A DNA stretch of 64,000 bases from Burkholderiales bacterium. GTDB taxonomy: Bacteria; Pseudomonadota; Gammaproteobacteria; Burkholderiales; SG8-41. Position numbers and translations under genes: made by a program. Shown here in pieces: positions 52,127 through 61,818 of this stretch. A model generated the notes under the pieces. It ran no database searches and had not been told where the DNA came from. It was given only the letters and a program-made list of their open reading frames with translations. Numbering within the stretch: position 1 is the first letter of the stretch; every line of letters begins with the position of its first letter. The stretch covers positions 660-64,659 of the forward strand of contig DATBKZ010000054.1 of assembly GCA_036555615.1 (NCBI GenBank), read 5' to 3'.

Positions 52127-52254
52127 GGCGGCTCCTTGGCCAACACGTGGTTCGGTCCACTATAGAGGCGTACGGGAGCGCCCGGTTTGTCCTGGATCAA
52201 ATCCCGGGGCCGCCAATTGAGGCAAAGGGCCTCTATCATCCGCGTTCCTGTTCT

Positions 52255-52260
52255 TATAAT
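52255..52260 (+). promoter_or_regulatory. Consensus -10 hexamer TATAAT upstream of the OmpA-like gene
   Basis: It lies 30 nt upstream of ATG 52290, with the SD (GAGGAGG) between them. No convincing -35 is present. Confidence 0.3.
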
Positions 52261-52289
52261 GGGCGTCCGGGTTATCGAGGAGGCCAGTC

Positions 52290-52973
52290 ATGTTCATGCA
52301 AAATCGTGCAGTGAAGACCGCCTTTGCGGTCACGCTCGCCGTCGGCGTGGCGGCCGGCTGCCAGACCACCGACCCCTACACGGGCGAGACCAAGACGACG
52401 AGCGCGACCTATGGCGCGTTGATCGGCGCGGGCGCGGGTGCGGCAATCGGAATGATCTCCGGCGATGACTCCAAGGAGCGCCGCAAGCGTGCTCTCATCG
52501 GCGCTGGCGTCGGCGCGCTCGCGGGCGGCGCGGTCGGCGCCTACATGGACAAGCAGGAAGACGAGCTGCGGCGGGTGATGCGCGACAGCGGCGTGACCGT
52601 CACGCGCAAGGGCGACGACGTCATTCTCAACATGCCCGGCAACGTCACGTTCCGCACCGACAGCGCCGATCTCAACGCGCAGTTCTACAAGGTGCTTGAC
52701 GGCGTTGCGCTGGTGGCGAAGAAATACGACAAGACCATCATCGAGGTCGCCGGCCACACCGACAGCACCGGCACGGCGGAGTACAACCGGCAGCTCTCGC
52801 AGCGCCGCGCGTCCTCGGTGGCCGGCTATCTCGTGAGCCGCGGCGTCGCGCAGGGGCGCATCATGACAGCGGCCGGCGGCGAGGAGTACCCGATCGCGAG
52901 CAACGCGAACGAGCAGGGCCGCGCCGCCAACCGGCGGGTCGAGATCACGCTGACACCGCTGACTGCGGGCTGA
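52290..52973 (+). CDS. OmpA-family lipoprotein with a glycine-zipper region (YiaD-like)
   Basis: 227 aa with a lipobox (VAAGC), Gly-zipper (GALIGAGAGAAIGMI...GAGVGALAGGAVGAY) and an OmpA_C domain (VAGHTDSTGTAEYNRQLSQRRASSVAGYL...NRRVEI). Confidence 0.9.
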   Translation: MFMQNRAVKTAFAVTLAVGVAAGCQTTDPYTGETKTTSATYGALIGAGAGAAIGMISGDDSKERRKRALIGAGVGALAGGAVGAYMDKQEDELRRVMRDSGVTVTRKGDDVILNMPGNVTFRTDSADLNAQFYKVLDGVALVAKKYDKTIIEVAGHTDSTGTAEYNRQLSQRRASSVAGYLVSRGVAQGRIMTAAGGEEYPIASNANEQGRAANRRVEITLTPLTAG

Positions 52974-52998
52974 GCGGGATCGCGCGCCTGCCGCTCGC

Positions 52999-53847
52999 CT
53001 ACGCCGGGCGCAGCTCGCCCGGCGCGGCGGCTCCCAGCATTCGCACGTCGCGCCGCTGCGGCGGAATCACGATGCCGCGCGCGCGGAACGCCTCGACGAC
53101 GGCCTGGCCGATCTCGCCGCTGGCCGTACCAAAGTCCGGCACCTTGACCCACGGGTAGACGCCGATGATGACAAAGGAATCGGCGAGCTGAATCACCCGT
53201 GTCAGCGGCGCCGGGTCCTTCAATACCCGCGGGTTGCTCTGCAACAGCTCGCGGAGGGTTGCGAGCGCCCGATCCAGATCGGCGTCGTAGGCGACACGCA
53301 CCTCGACCTGCACCTGCCGGATCCGCCCGAAGTTGTGGAGGATCTCGCCCACGATCCTGCGATTGGGGATCACGACCCGCGAAAGGTCCGGGTGGGCGAG
53401 CGTCGTGCTGAAGAGGCTGATTTCCGTCACCTCGCCCTCTTCCTTGACGATGGAGATGAACTCGCCGACGCGAAACGGCCGCGTCAGGATGATCGTCAGG
53501 CCGGCGGCCAGGTTGCCGAGGACGCCCTGCATGGCCAGCGCGATTCCCGCGCCCGCCACGCCCAATCCCGCGACGAGCGGGAGCAGCTCCACGCCCAGGT
53601 TCTGCAGCGCCATGATGGCGAACAGAACCAGCACCAGCACCCGCGTGATACTCAGCAGGAGCTGGCGCACCGGGGGCTCGAGCTCGAGCCGCTGGAGCAT
53701 GCGCCCGACCACCCCGGCGGTCCAGCGCGCAACGAGATAGCCGGCGACCATGACCAGAATGGCGACCAGCAGTTTCGGGCCGAACCTCATTCCGAGGTCG
53801 ATGGCCGTGCTTTTTATTTGATCCAGTGCTGCGAAGTTGGGGTCCAT
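52999..53847 (-). CDS. Small-conductance mechanosensitive channel (MscS family)
   Basis: 282 aa from ATG 53847, with three TM helices, then GNLAAGLTIILTRPFRVGEFI. The upstream track extension is rejected. Confidence 0.9.
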   Translation of the reverse strand: MDPNFAALDQIKSTAIDLGMRFGPKLLVAILVMVAGYLVARWTAGVVGRMLQRLELEPPVRQLLLSITRVLVLVLFAIMALQNLGVELLPLVAGLGVAGAGIALAMQGVLGNLAAGLTIILTRPFRVGEFISIVKEEGEVTEISLFSTTLAHPDLSRVVIPNRRIVGEILHNFGRIRQVQVEVRVAYDADLDRALATLRELLQSNPRVLKDPAPLTRVIQLADSFVIIGVYPWVKVPDFGTASGEIGQAVVEAFRARGIVIPPQRRDVRMLGAAAPGELRPA

Positions 53848-54000
53848 GGGTTCCTCCAGGTGATGGCCAGCGACCCGCATTCTATCTTCCAGGCTCGCGC
53901 GAGCGGCCCATCCGGGGATTCCTTGCGCCAGATCAATGCATGAATTCCCCGGGCGTCTATCCTCTGTGCGCTGGCTGGAGTCGCGCTGGAGCATCGTCCC

Positions 54001-54639
54001 GTGCTCGACCGCCGTCAATTTCTGGGGGTATTGCTCATGTCCGCCACAGCTTTCGCGCAGGAAACCCGCGTCATCAAGCTTCCTCCGCCCCAGACCGCCG
54101 GTGGCGGGGAGCTGCTCCAGGCACTGAAATTGCGCAAGAGCACCCGGGCGTTTTCGGCGCGTCCGCTTCCGCAGGAGCTGCTGTCGACCCTCCTGTGGGC
54201 CGCCTTCGGGATCAACCGGTCCGCCAGCGGAGGACGCACCGCGCCCTCGGCCCACAACTGGCAGGAGATCGATGTCTACGCGGCGCTCGCCGACGCACTG
54301 TATCGCTACGACGCCCAAGCGCACGCGCTGAACCTCGCCGTTTCCGGAGATCTGCGGCCGCTGACGGGGGTCCAGGATTTCGTGGGAACGGCGCCGCTCA
54401 ATCTGGTGTACGTCGCCGATTTCTCGCGGATGAAAGACGCGAGCGAAACCGACCGCACGTTCTTCGCGGCCACGGATGCCGCGGTGATCGCGCAAAACGT
54501 CTATCTGTTTTGCGCCGCGATGAATCTGGCTGTGGTGGTGCGCGGCTTGGTCGACCGGAGGAAGCTCGCGCCCGCCATGGGACTGCGCCGCGAGCAGCGC
54601 ATCGTGCTGGCGCAGAGCGTGGGATTTTCCGCGGCGTGA
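54001..54639 (+). CDS. Nitroreductase-family (SagB-type) protein with a twin-arginine signal
   Basis: 212 aa with a GTG start, MLDRRQFLGVLLMSATAFAQ, then LRKSTRAF, LLWAAFGINR, and VIAQNVYLFCAA. Confidence 0.8.
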   Translation: MLDRRQFLGVLLMSATAFAQETRVIKLPPPQTAGGGELLQALKLRKSTRAFSARPLPQELLSTLLWAAFGINRSASGGRTAPSAHNWQEIDVYAALADALYRYDAQAHALNLAVSGDLRPLTGVQDFVGTAPLNLVYVADFSRMKDASETDRTFFAATDAAVIAQNVYLFCAAMNLAVVVRGLVDRRKLAPAMGLRREQRIVLAQSVGFSAA

Positions 54640-54668
54640 GCGGCGTCCGCCGCGGGAAAGGATAGATC

Positions 54669-55091
54669 ATGCGGATCGTGAAGCGGCGGGCGAAGCCCGG
54701 CGCGTCGGGGAAGGGGCGGTTCTTTCATATTCAGCTCCGGCCGAACGCGCAGTTCGTGCGCTTCCGGGTGCAGGACGTCGGCGGCCGGGGTGGCGTCGAG
54801 CGCGTCGCCGGGCAGCGCAGCAGCGGTACCTGGGACACGGTTAAATGGCTGGTCGAAAAGTCCCACGCGCACGTTCGTGGCGAGACGCTTGTCGCCGACA
54901 CCGCGGAAGCTCGGAAGCTCCTGCGCAGCCTCGGCTCGGCGCCAGTGCGCGTCAGAGGCGACCGTTTCCGGGCGGCACCGCGCGCCAACATTCCCGAGAG
55001 CGCGAAGCCGACGCCGAGGCAGCGCCGCGCCTGGCGGCGCAATATCCTCAAGGCCCAGCAGGCCTGGCGAAGGAAGAAGCCTCCCCGCTAG
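54669..55091 (+). CDS. Hypothetical basic protein (140 aa)
   Basis: SD (AAGGA) upstream. Codon third positions are GC-rich, and the C-terminus is Arg/Lys-rich. I do not recognise the family. Confidence 0.55.
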   Translation: MRIVKRRAKPGASGKGRFFHIQLRPNAQFVRFRVQDVGGRGGVERVAGQRSSGTWDTVKWLVEKSHAHVRGETLVADTAEARKLLRSLGSAPVRVRGDRFRAAPRANIPESAKPTPRQRRAWRRNILKAQQAWRRKKPPR

Positions 55092-55483
55092 CGCGGGCTT
55101 GAACGGCTGCTTGTGCCCGAATGGGCCGCGTTCTTGGGCCTGATATGGCCGGCGAACGACTGTACCGCAATCCGCCCGTTGCGCACGACAAATGTATCTG
55201 TGACCACTTCGTCCGCATTGTCGGCGGTCTCCGCTGCCCCCAGAATGTAACCGTAATCGCCCTCGACCGACAGGTGCTTCAGGCTGAACGCTGCTCCCGG
55301 CTTTCCGAACTCTGCGAGCATCGCCTGGAACAACGGCCTGATCGCGTCGACGCCCCTGAGTGGGCCCTGCGGCGTGAACAGGACGGCATCCGGTGCATAG
55401 TCAGACAGGATGCCGTCGAGGTCACGAACGCCAAAGCATTTCAGGTGGCTGTCGATCACGTCCCGGGTTGAACGCATTGCCAT
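55088..55483 (-). CDS. SnoaL/NTF2-like fold protein
   Basis: ATG 55483 (the track starts at TTG 55495). It has RDVIDSHLKCFGVRDLDGILSDYAPDAVLFTPQGPLRGVDAIRPLF and FVVRNGRIAVQSF. Confidence 0.7.
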   Translation of the reverse strand: MAMRSTRDVIDSHLKCFGVRDLDGILSDYAPDAVLFTPQGPLRGVDAIRPLFQAMLAEFGKPGAAFSLKHLSVEGDYGYILGAAETADNADEVVTDTFVVRNGRIAVQSFAGHIRPKNAAHSGTSSRSSPR

Positions 55484-55491
55484 GACGGGCC

Positions 55492-56349
55492 TCAACGTTT
55501 GGTGATTACGACTTCCAGATACTCGCCCGGCACCACCAGCGAAGAGGGTCCCGCGGAATTGAGCCGGTTGAGCAAAGCCGTAATGTCATCGGCGAGCGCT
55601 GCCTGCCGCGCCGGGTCGAGCGCCGCGAACGCCTTGTGCGTTGGCCCGTAGTAGTCGCGGAAGATCTGCAGCCAGTGCGCTGCTGAGCGATAGCGGAAGT
55701 TGAAATTCCTGCGTTGGGCGCGAATGTCGGAGGCCAGGGCGCCAAACAGCTCCGCGATGTGCGCCTCGGTGCCCCACAGCGCGGGCGATTTCAGGCCCGC
55801 TGGCGCCGGAATGTAGTTACCGATGACCTTGAACAACTGCCCGATAAAGCCTTCGGGGGTCCAGTTGGCGAGCCCGATGCGGCCGCCTGAGCGCACCACG
55901 CGCAGCATCTCGCGTGCGGGCCGCGTGTGGTCGGGGGTGAACATCGCGCCGAACGTGGATAGCACCACGTCGAAGGATCCGCCGTCGAACGGCAGGCTCT
56001 CGGCGTCCGCGACCCGGAACTCGACATCCAGTCCCTCGGCAGTGGCCCGCGCGGCGCCTTTCTCAAGCAGGTGCGGCACGTAGTCGGTGGAGGTCACCTG
56101 CGCGAAGCGGCGGGCGGCAGCCAGGGTGGCATTGCCGTTGCCCGCCGCGACGTCGAGCACTCGCTCGCCGGCGCGCACGTCAGCCGCCTCCGCCAGCGAC
56201 TCGCCGACGATCTGCAGCGTTGTGCCGACGACCGCGAAGTCGCCGCTGGCCCACGTGGCCTGCTGGCGCTGCTTGATTGCCGCGTAGTCCGGCGCGGCAG
56301 GGACGGCGTGCTTGTGGTGTGACGGCGCGGATACAGCAAGAGTGGTCAT
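55492..56349 (-). CDS. Class I SAM-dependent methyltransferase
   Basis: 285 aa with motif I (VLDVAAGNGNATL) and a downstream FDVVLSTFG. Confidence 0.9.
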   Translation of the reverse strand: MTTLAVSAPSHHKHAVPAAPDYAAIKQRQQATWASGDFAVVGTTLQIVGESLAEAADVRAGERVLDVAAGNGNATLAAARRFAQVTSTDYVPHLLEKGAARATAEGLDVEFRVADAESLPFDGGSFDVVLSTFGAMFTPDHTRPAREMLRVVRSGGRIGLANWTPEGFIGQLFKVIGNYIPAPAGLKSPALWGTEAHIAELFGALASDIRAQRRNFNFRYRSAAHWLQIFRDYYGPTHKAFAALDPARQAALADDITALLNRLNSAGPSSLVVPGEYLEVVITKR

Positions 56350-56515
56350 GCTTCGTTCTCCTTGTGGTCAGTTGACGGTTGGGAACGGAGCGGTCATTCA
56401 TGCACGTCCCGCAGCTCCGTTTGATGAGCTGAAGTATCAGGGCGCATCGCGGGGCGGTGTTGATCAGGAGTCCGGCGTTTTTGCGCGGGACTCCGGAGTT
56501 GCCGATAATTCCGGG

Positions 56516-57484
56516 ATGGACGCCCTTTCCGACGCGCTGCGCGTGCTGCGCTTGGCCGGAGCGGTGTTTCTCGACGCTGAATTCACCGCGCCCTGGTGCG
56601 TTGTGACCCAGTCCGGCCTACCCGATGCTCCGGAGGTGTCGGGCGGGCGGAACATCATTTTTTTTCATGTGCTTACCGAGGGACGCTGCAAGGCGCGGCT
56701 CGCTTCGGGAGGGCCGACTCTGGAATTCGCGGCGGGCGATGTGGTCATGCTGCCACGCGACGACACGCATTTGCTCGGCAGCGACTTGCGCCTGGCTCCC
56801 ACGCCTGCCGAGACCCTTGTGCGAACCGGGGCGAGCGGGGAGCTCGCGCGCATCGTGCATGGCGGCGGGGGCGAGAAGACGCGGTTTGTCTGCGGCTTTC
56901 TGCGCTGCGACCAGCGGCTGTCCAGGCCCATGCTCGAAACCCTGCCGCGGATCCTGCGTGTGCCGCTGGACAAGGGACCTACGACCGCGTGGCTGACGAG
57001 CCTGCTGCAGGCGGGAACCCGGGAAACCACCGCGCCGCGTCCCGGAGGGGAGACAGTCCTCGCGAAGCTCTCGGAGCTGTTGTTCGTGGAAGCCCTGCGC
57101 CGCTACATCGAGCTGCTGCCGGAGCAGCAGACCGGGTGGCTAGCCGCCCTGCGCGACCGGTTTGTGGGCCGCGCGCTCGCGCTGATGCACGAGCGCCCGG
57201 AGAGAAACTGGACGGTGGAGGAACTCGCCGCTGCCGTCGGCCTGTCGCGCTCGTCGCTCTCGCAGCGATTCACCGATTTCATCGGCCAGCCGCCGATGCA
57301 GTACCTCACGCGCTGGCGGCTCACCATCGCGGCGCAGCGGCTGCGCAGCGAGAAATCGAGCCTCGCGCGCATCGCGGCGGACAGCGGCTACGATTCCGAA
57401 GCTGCGTTCAACCGCGCGTTCAAGCGCGCGCTCGGCACGACGCCGGCCGCGTGGCGCAGGGGCGATCGCGCGTCACTTTCGTAG
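56516..57484 (+). CDS. AraC-family transcriptional regulator with an N-terminal cupin-type sensor domain
   Basis: 322 aa from ATG 56516 (MDALSDALRVLRLAGAVFLDAEFTAPW...). The C-terminal double HTH has WTVEELAAAVGLSRSSLSQRF and IAADSGYDSEAAFNRAFKRALG. Confidence 0.9.
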   Translation: MDALSDALRVLRLAGAVFLDAEFTAPWCVVTQSGLPDAPEVSGGRNIIFFHVLTEGRCKARLASGGPTLEFAAGDVVMLPRDDTHLLGSDLRLAPTPAETLVRTGASGELARIVHGGGGEKTRFVCGFLRCDQRLSRPMLETLPRILRVPLDKGPTTAWLTSLLQAGTRETTAPRPGGETVLAKLSELLFVEALRRYIELLPEQQTGWLAALRDRFVGRALALMHERPERNWTVEELAAAVGLSRSSLSQRFTDFIGQPPMQYLTRWRLTIAAQRLRSEKSSLARIAADSGYDSEAAFNRAFKRALGTTPAAWRRGDRASLS

Positions 57485-58378
57485 CCGATACCACGGGTGC
57501 GGGTTTCCCGGCGCCTTGACGCGCAGAGTGTAGAGCGAGGTGTACGCGCAGCAGAGGAGCGTTTTCAGGTCCGGGCCCCCGAACGCGAAGTTCACCGCCT
57601 GCTCGGGAAAGCGGATGATGCCGGCGCGCCGCCCGTCCGGCGTGAAGACCCAGATGCCTCCGGGCCCCGTGCAGTAGACGCGACCGAGGCTGTCCACTTT
57701 CAAACCGTCGGGCGCCCCGGGCTCCGTGCCCTCGTTTAGGTCCGCGAAAATGCGGCGCCGCGTCATGTTTCCGGCCGCGTCGAGCTCGATCGCGTGGACG
57801 TATTTCGATGAGCGCGTATTCGCGACGTAGAGCGTCCGCTCATCCGGGGAGAACCCGAGCCCGTTCGGATACTCGCAGTGCGCGAGCACGCTGAGGCCGC
57901 CGTCGGGCATGACGCGATAGACGCGCGCGCCATCCCAGAGATTGTCGATGCCGGCCGGGCCCGGTTGCTCGCGCCGGGCATAGGGCACCCGCTTGTCCGG
58001 GTCGGTGAAGTAGAGGCTGCCATCGGAGCGGCAGGCGACATCATTGGGGCGGTTGAAGCGCCCGCCCTGGTAGCGCTCCGCCACCGTCTCGACCTTGCCG
58101 TCCGGCCCGGTGCGGGTGACCTTCTGCCCGTCGCCTTCGCACAGGATCAGGTTGCCTTTCAGGTCGAACGTCGTGCCGTTGCCGCCCTCGGTCTTGCGGA
58201 CGACCTCGGGTGGTTGCCCGGGCCGGATCCGGTGCAGGTTGTTGCGGCGGAGGTCCACGAAGTACCAGTAGCCGTCGGGATGCCAGAGCGGGCCTTCGGT
58301 GAAAATAAACCCGGTCGCAACACGCTCCGCTTCGTTCGTTTCCAGGACGTCCGGCAGGTTATTCGCGGCAGTCATCAT
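57473..58378 (-). CDS. SMP-30/gluconolactonase/LRE-family protein
   Basis: 301 aa with FTEGPLWHPDG, RFNRPNDVACRSDGSLYFTDP, PNGLGFSPDERTLYV, and PDGLKVD. Confidence 0.9.
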   Translation of the reverse strand: MMTAANNLPDVLETNEAERVATGFIFTEGPLWHPDGYWYFVDLRRNNLHRIRPGQPPEVVRKTEGGNGTTFDLKGNLILCEGDGQKVTRTGPDGKVETVAERYQGGRFNRPNDVACRSDGSLYFTDPDKRVPYARREQPGPAGIDNLWDGARVYRVMPDGGLSVLAHCEYPNGLGFSPDERTLYVANTRSSKYVHAIELDAAGNMTRRRIFADLNEGTEPGAPDGLKVDSLGRVYCTGPGGIWVFTPDGRRAGIIRFPEQAVNFAFGGPDLKTLLCCAYTSLYTLRVKAPGNPHPWYRLRK

Positions 58379-58426
58379 TCTTTTCCTTCTTGTTGCCGGC
58401 GGGTCGGCCCGCCAAGTGCAACGTTG

Positions 58427-59713
58427 TCAGCGCTCGATCTCGAGGATGTCGAAGCCGCAGTTGCGGTCGACGATGTAGACCAGGCCGCGCGCGTCGATTT
58501 CCACGTCGTTGGTCTGCGGGGTGGCATAGCCGCCGCGCGGCTCCGGGATGAACCAGGCGACCTCCTGGGGAGACGCCGGATCGCGGATATCGACGACCCG
58601 CAGCCCCCCGGAAAACCACGCGCAATAGACGAGCGTGCCTTCGACGTGCTCCTGGAACTGGTGCGCGCCGAAGCGGCCGCCTTTGCGCGCCCACGGCGTG
58701 TCGAGCTCGCTTACCTGGAAGTGGCCGATCGGCTGGATGCGCTGGAGATCGCTCACATCGAACAGCCACATGCCGGCGGGTATCTGGCCGTGATGGCGGC
58801 CGTGCGCCTCGTCCATCGCGATCGCGACGTCGCGCCCGGCGATCTTGCGCGGGACGCGCAACACCGTGTGGGTGGGATCGCCGATCGGCGGATGGTAATT
58901 GTAGGCGCCGACTGTCCGCGGGCGCGCGATGTCGGACACGTCGATCACACGCAGCCCCGCGTTGAAGCAGCCCGCCCAGAGTTCGTTGCCGCAGCGCATC
59001 GCGTGGTGGAGGTGCCAGATTTCGGAGGGAGCTTCCGGCGTCTCGCCGCCCGCGATGTGCTGGCCGGGCAGCCACCAGCGCGACACTTCCCGCGGGCGTG
59101 CGGGAGCGCTCACGTCGAAATTGACCAGGATGTTGCCGCCGTAGCCGTCTATCCCGGTGGAGATGTAGGCGTAGCGCTCATCGACGTCGAAGCGGTGCAC
59201 GCCCACGCCGCCGGTCTTGACGTGGGTAATCAACCGCGGCTTCGCGATGTCCGATATGTCCCAGACCCGGAAGCCGGCGCGGGGAAACCCGGTGCGGGCG
59301 AGCTCCTCGAGCTTGGGGAGATCCGATTCCTTGACTCCGAGACTGGCCGCGACCTCGGCCGGGGTTGGGGCGCGCCCGAGTGACTTTTCGAGGTCCGCGC
59401 GCGTTGCCGCCAGCCGCGCGGCCTTGGCCGCGAGCCGCCGGCCCGGGCGCTCCACGTTTGTGTACATGACGTCGCCCACCGCGCGCACCTTGTGGCTGTG
59501 CTCGTCCGGCCGTTCGAGCGGGATCCCGGCGACAACGCGCGGTTGCCTCGGGTCCGACACGTCGACGATCGTGGTACCGTGCGGGGCCTCCATGTGCCCG
59601 AGAAATGCATAGTGGTCTTGAACCACGACCTGACCGCTGCCCGGCAGATCGAGGTGCCCGAGCCGCTTCACGCGATGGGCAAGGGGTGACGTAGACGGAA
59701 GGTTGGTGTCCAT
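58427..59713 (-). CDS. LVIVD-repeat beta-propeller protein
   Basis: 428 aa from ATG 59713. It has repeated xxVxDVSDPxxPxxV motifs: TTIVDVSDPRQPRVV, FRVWDISDIAKPRLI, LRVIDVSDIARPRTV, LRVVDIRDPASPQEV. Confidence 0.75.
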   Translation of the reverse strand: MDTNLPSTSPLAHRVKRLGHLDLPGSGQVVVQDHYAFLGHMEAPHGTTIVDVSDPRQPRVVAGIPLERPDEHSHKVRAVGDVMYTNVERPGRRLAAKAARLAATRADLEKSLGRAPTPAEVAASLGVKESDLPKLEELARTGFPRAGFRVWDISDIAKPRLITHVKTGGVGVHRFDVDERYAYISTGIDGYGGNILVNFDVSAPARPREVSRWWLPGQHIAGGETPEAPSEIWHLHHAMRCGNELWAGCFNAGLRVIDVSDIARPRTVGAYNYHPPIGDPTHTVLRVPRKIAGRDVAIAMDEAHGRHHGQIPAGMWLFDVSDLQRIQPIGHFQVSELDTPWARKGGRFGAHQFQEHVEGTLVYCAWFSGGLRVVDIRDPASPQEVAWFIPEPRGGYATPQTNDVEIDARGLVYIVDRNCGFDILEIER

Positions 59714-59792
59714 GATTCGGAAAGGGCCGGGGGGAGGGTGGTGCGACAATAGTGCCCGGAGCGAGTCGCGTCGACAAGTATTCGTGCCGCGG

Positions 59793-61043
59793 ATGAACGA
59801 AGACATTGCCGGAGGGGTGCGCGAAGCGGTGGGAGCCGTCTACCGGTCGGAAGCGCGCCGCGTCTTTGCCACGCTGGTCCGCCTGCTGGGCGATTTCGAC
59901 CTCGCCGAGGAGGCGCTGCACGAGGCATTCCGGGCGGCGCTCGAGCAGTGGCCGCGCGAGGGCATACCCGCCAATCCGCGCGCGTGGCTGGTATCGACGG
60001 GGCGCTTCAAGGCGATCGACGGAATTCGCCGCAGCGCGCGCTTCGATCCGCTCGAGGAGGACCACGAGGAGATCGCCGCGACCGACGATCCCGCGTCGTG
60101 GGCGGCCGATGAGATCGCGGACGACCGGCTGCGGCTGATCTTCACCTGCTGCCACCCGGCCCTGCCGTCTGACGCGCAGGTGGCGCTCACGCTGCGGGAA
60201 GTGTGCGGGCTTACGACCGAGGAGATCGCGCACGCGTTTCTTACCGCCGCGCCAACCCTTGCCCAGCGCATCGTGCGCGCGAAATCGAAAATCCGCGACG
60301 CGAAGATTCCCTATCGCGTCCCCTCGCCAGCGGAGCTGCCCGAGCGGCTGGAGAACGTCCTGCGCGTGATCTACCTGGTTTTCAACGAGGGCTATGCCGC
60401 ATCGGCGGGCGCAACGCTCACGCGCCACGATCTGTCAGGCGAGGCGATCCGGCTTGCGCGGCTGCTCGTCGACTTGCTGCCCGAGCCCGAGGCGGTGGGG
60501 CTGCTCGCCCTGATGCTGCTGCACGAGTCGCGCCGCGCCGCCCGCGCTTCGGCCAGGGGTGACCTGATCCTGCTGGAGGACCAGGACCGCTCGCTCTGGA
60601 ACCGCGAAATGATCGCGGAGGGCAGGGCCTTGGTTGAGCGGGCAATCGCGTCGCGCCGCTTTGGTCCGTACACGCTTCAGGCGGCAATATCGGCGGTGCA
60701 CGCCGGGGCGCCCAACGCGGCAGCGACCGATTGGGCGCAGATCGTCGCGCTCTATGACCTGTTGGCGCGCCTTGAGCCCTCGCCCGTGGTGGAGCTCAAC
60801 CGCGCGGTGGCAGTGGCGATGCGCGATGGACCTGCAGCCGGTCTCCAGTTGATTGACGCGATCCTGGCACGCGGGGAGCTTGCGGACTACCGCCTCGCGC
60901 ACGCGGCGCGCGCGGACCTGTGCCGCCGGCTCGGCAGGACGGCGGAGGCGAGGACTTCCTACGAGCGGGCGCTTTCCCTCACCCGCCAGGAGCCGGAGCG
61001 GCGCTTTCTCGAACGCAGGCTTGCTGAGCTGGCAGACACCTGA
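59793..61043 (+). CDS. ECF sigma factor with a long C-terminal TPR-like extension (ECF42-type as I recall the classification)
   Basis: 416 aa from ATG 59793. It has region 2 (LAEEALHEAFRAALEQWP...NPRAWLVSTGRFKAID), region 4 (ALTLREVCGLTTEEIAHAFLTAAPTLAQRIVRAK) and a helical tail of about 200 aa. Confidence 0.9.
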   Translation: MNEDIAGGVREAVGAVYRSEARRVFATLVRLLGDFDLAEEALHEAFRAALEQWPREGIPANPRAWLVSTGRFKAIDGIRRSARFDPLEEDHEEIAATDDPASWAADEIADDRLRLIFTCCHPALPSDAQVALTLREVCGLTTEEIAHAFLTAAPTLAQRIVRAKSKIRDAKIPYRVPSPAELPERLENVLRVIYLVFNEGYAASAGATLTRHDLSGEAIRLARLLVDLLPEPEAVGLLALMLLHESRRAARASARGDLILLEDQDRSLWNREMIAEGRALVERAIASRRFGPYTLQAAISAVHAGAPNAAATDWAQIVALYDLLARLEPSPVVELNRAVAVAMRDGPAAGLQLIDAILARGELADYRLAHAARADLCRRLGRTAEARTSYERALSLTRQEPERRFLERRLAELADT

Positions 61044-61150
61044 GGGGCGCGTTGTCGAAATCACGGCCTCCCAAACGACTAAGCGGTACACGAAGCCGAA
61101 CGATACAGCAGCCTGGATAAACTTTTGTCGTGGAAACAAGGAGTTCGAAC

Positions 61151-61573
61151 ATGCGGTTCATGATCATCGTGAAAGCCACCCGGGAGTCCGAGGCCGGGTT
61201 ATTCCCGCCGGACAAGGAACAGCTCTTCGCCGACATGGCGACCTACCACGAGGAGTTGAAGCAGGCCGGGATGCTGCTCGACGGGTCCGGCCTCCAGCCG
61301 AGTTCGAAGGGCTGGCGGATCAGGTATTCCGGGGACAAAGTCACCGTAGTCGACGGGCCCTTTGCCGAGACCAAGGAACTGGTGGCTGGCTACACGCTCA
61401 TCGAGGCGAGATCGCGGCAGGAAGCGCTCGAATGGACGAAGCGCTTCCCCAATCCGGGGGGGAAGGGCAAGACGTGCGAGATCGAGGTGCGCCAGCTGTA
61501 CGAGCTCGAGGATTTCGGCCCGGTCGAGGCCATCGATCGCTTTCGCGAAATGGGCATGGGCGGAACGAAATAG
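61151..61573 (+). CDS. YciI-family (DGPF-domain) protein
   Basis: 140 aa from ATG 61151 after AAGGAG: MRFMIIVKATRESEAG, VVDGPFAETKELVAGYTLIEARSRQEALEW. Confidence 0.85.
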   Translation: MRFMIIVKATRESEAGLFPPDKEQLFADMATYHEELKQAGMLLDGSGLQPSSKGWRIRYSGDKVTVVDGPFAETKELVAGYTLIEARSRQEALEWTKRFPNPGGKGKTCEIEVRQLYELEDFGPVEAIDRFREMGMGGTK

Positions 61574-61605
61574 CCGCGCCTGTCACCCGGAGAAAGAGCG
61601 CGATC

Positions 61606-61803
61606 ATGCAGAAGATCACTCCTTTCCTATGGTTCGACCATCAGGCGGAAGCAGCCGCGAGGTTCTACGTGTCGATCTTCAGGAATTCCGGAATCGTGAG
61701 CGTCAACCGCTGCAGAGGCGAGTCCGCGAAGGCCAGCGGGAGGCCGAAGGGTCCCGTCATGACCATCGGTATCGCGCTCGATGGGCAGCATTCACGGCGC
61801 TGA
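61606..61803 (+). pseudogene. 5' fragment of a PhnB/VOC-like (MQKITPFLWFD-type) gene, frameshifted and truncated
   Basis: It reads MQKITPFLWFDHQAEAAARFYVSIFRNSGI...PVMTIGIALDGQH, then stops. The expected FTAL continues in another frame (1 nt missing at about 61790). Homology ends where the SD and ATG of the next gene begin. Confidence 0.6.
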
Positions 61804-61818
61804 AGAAGGAGAGGAACC

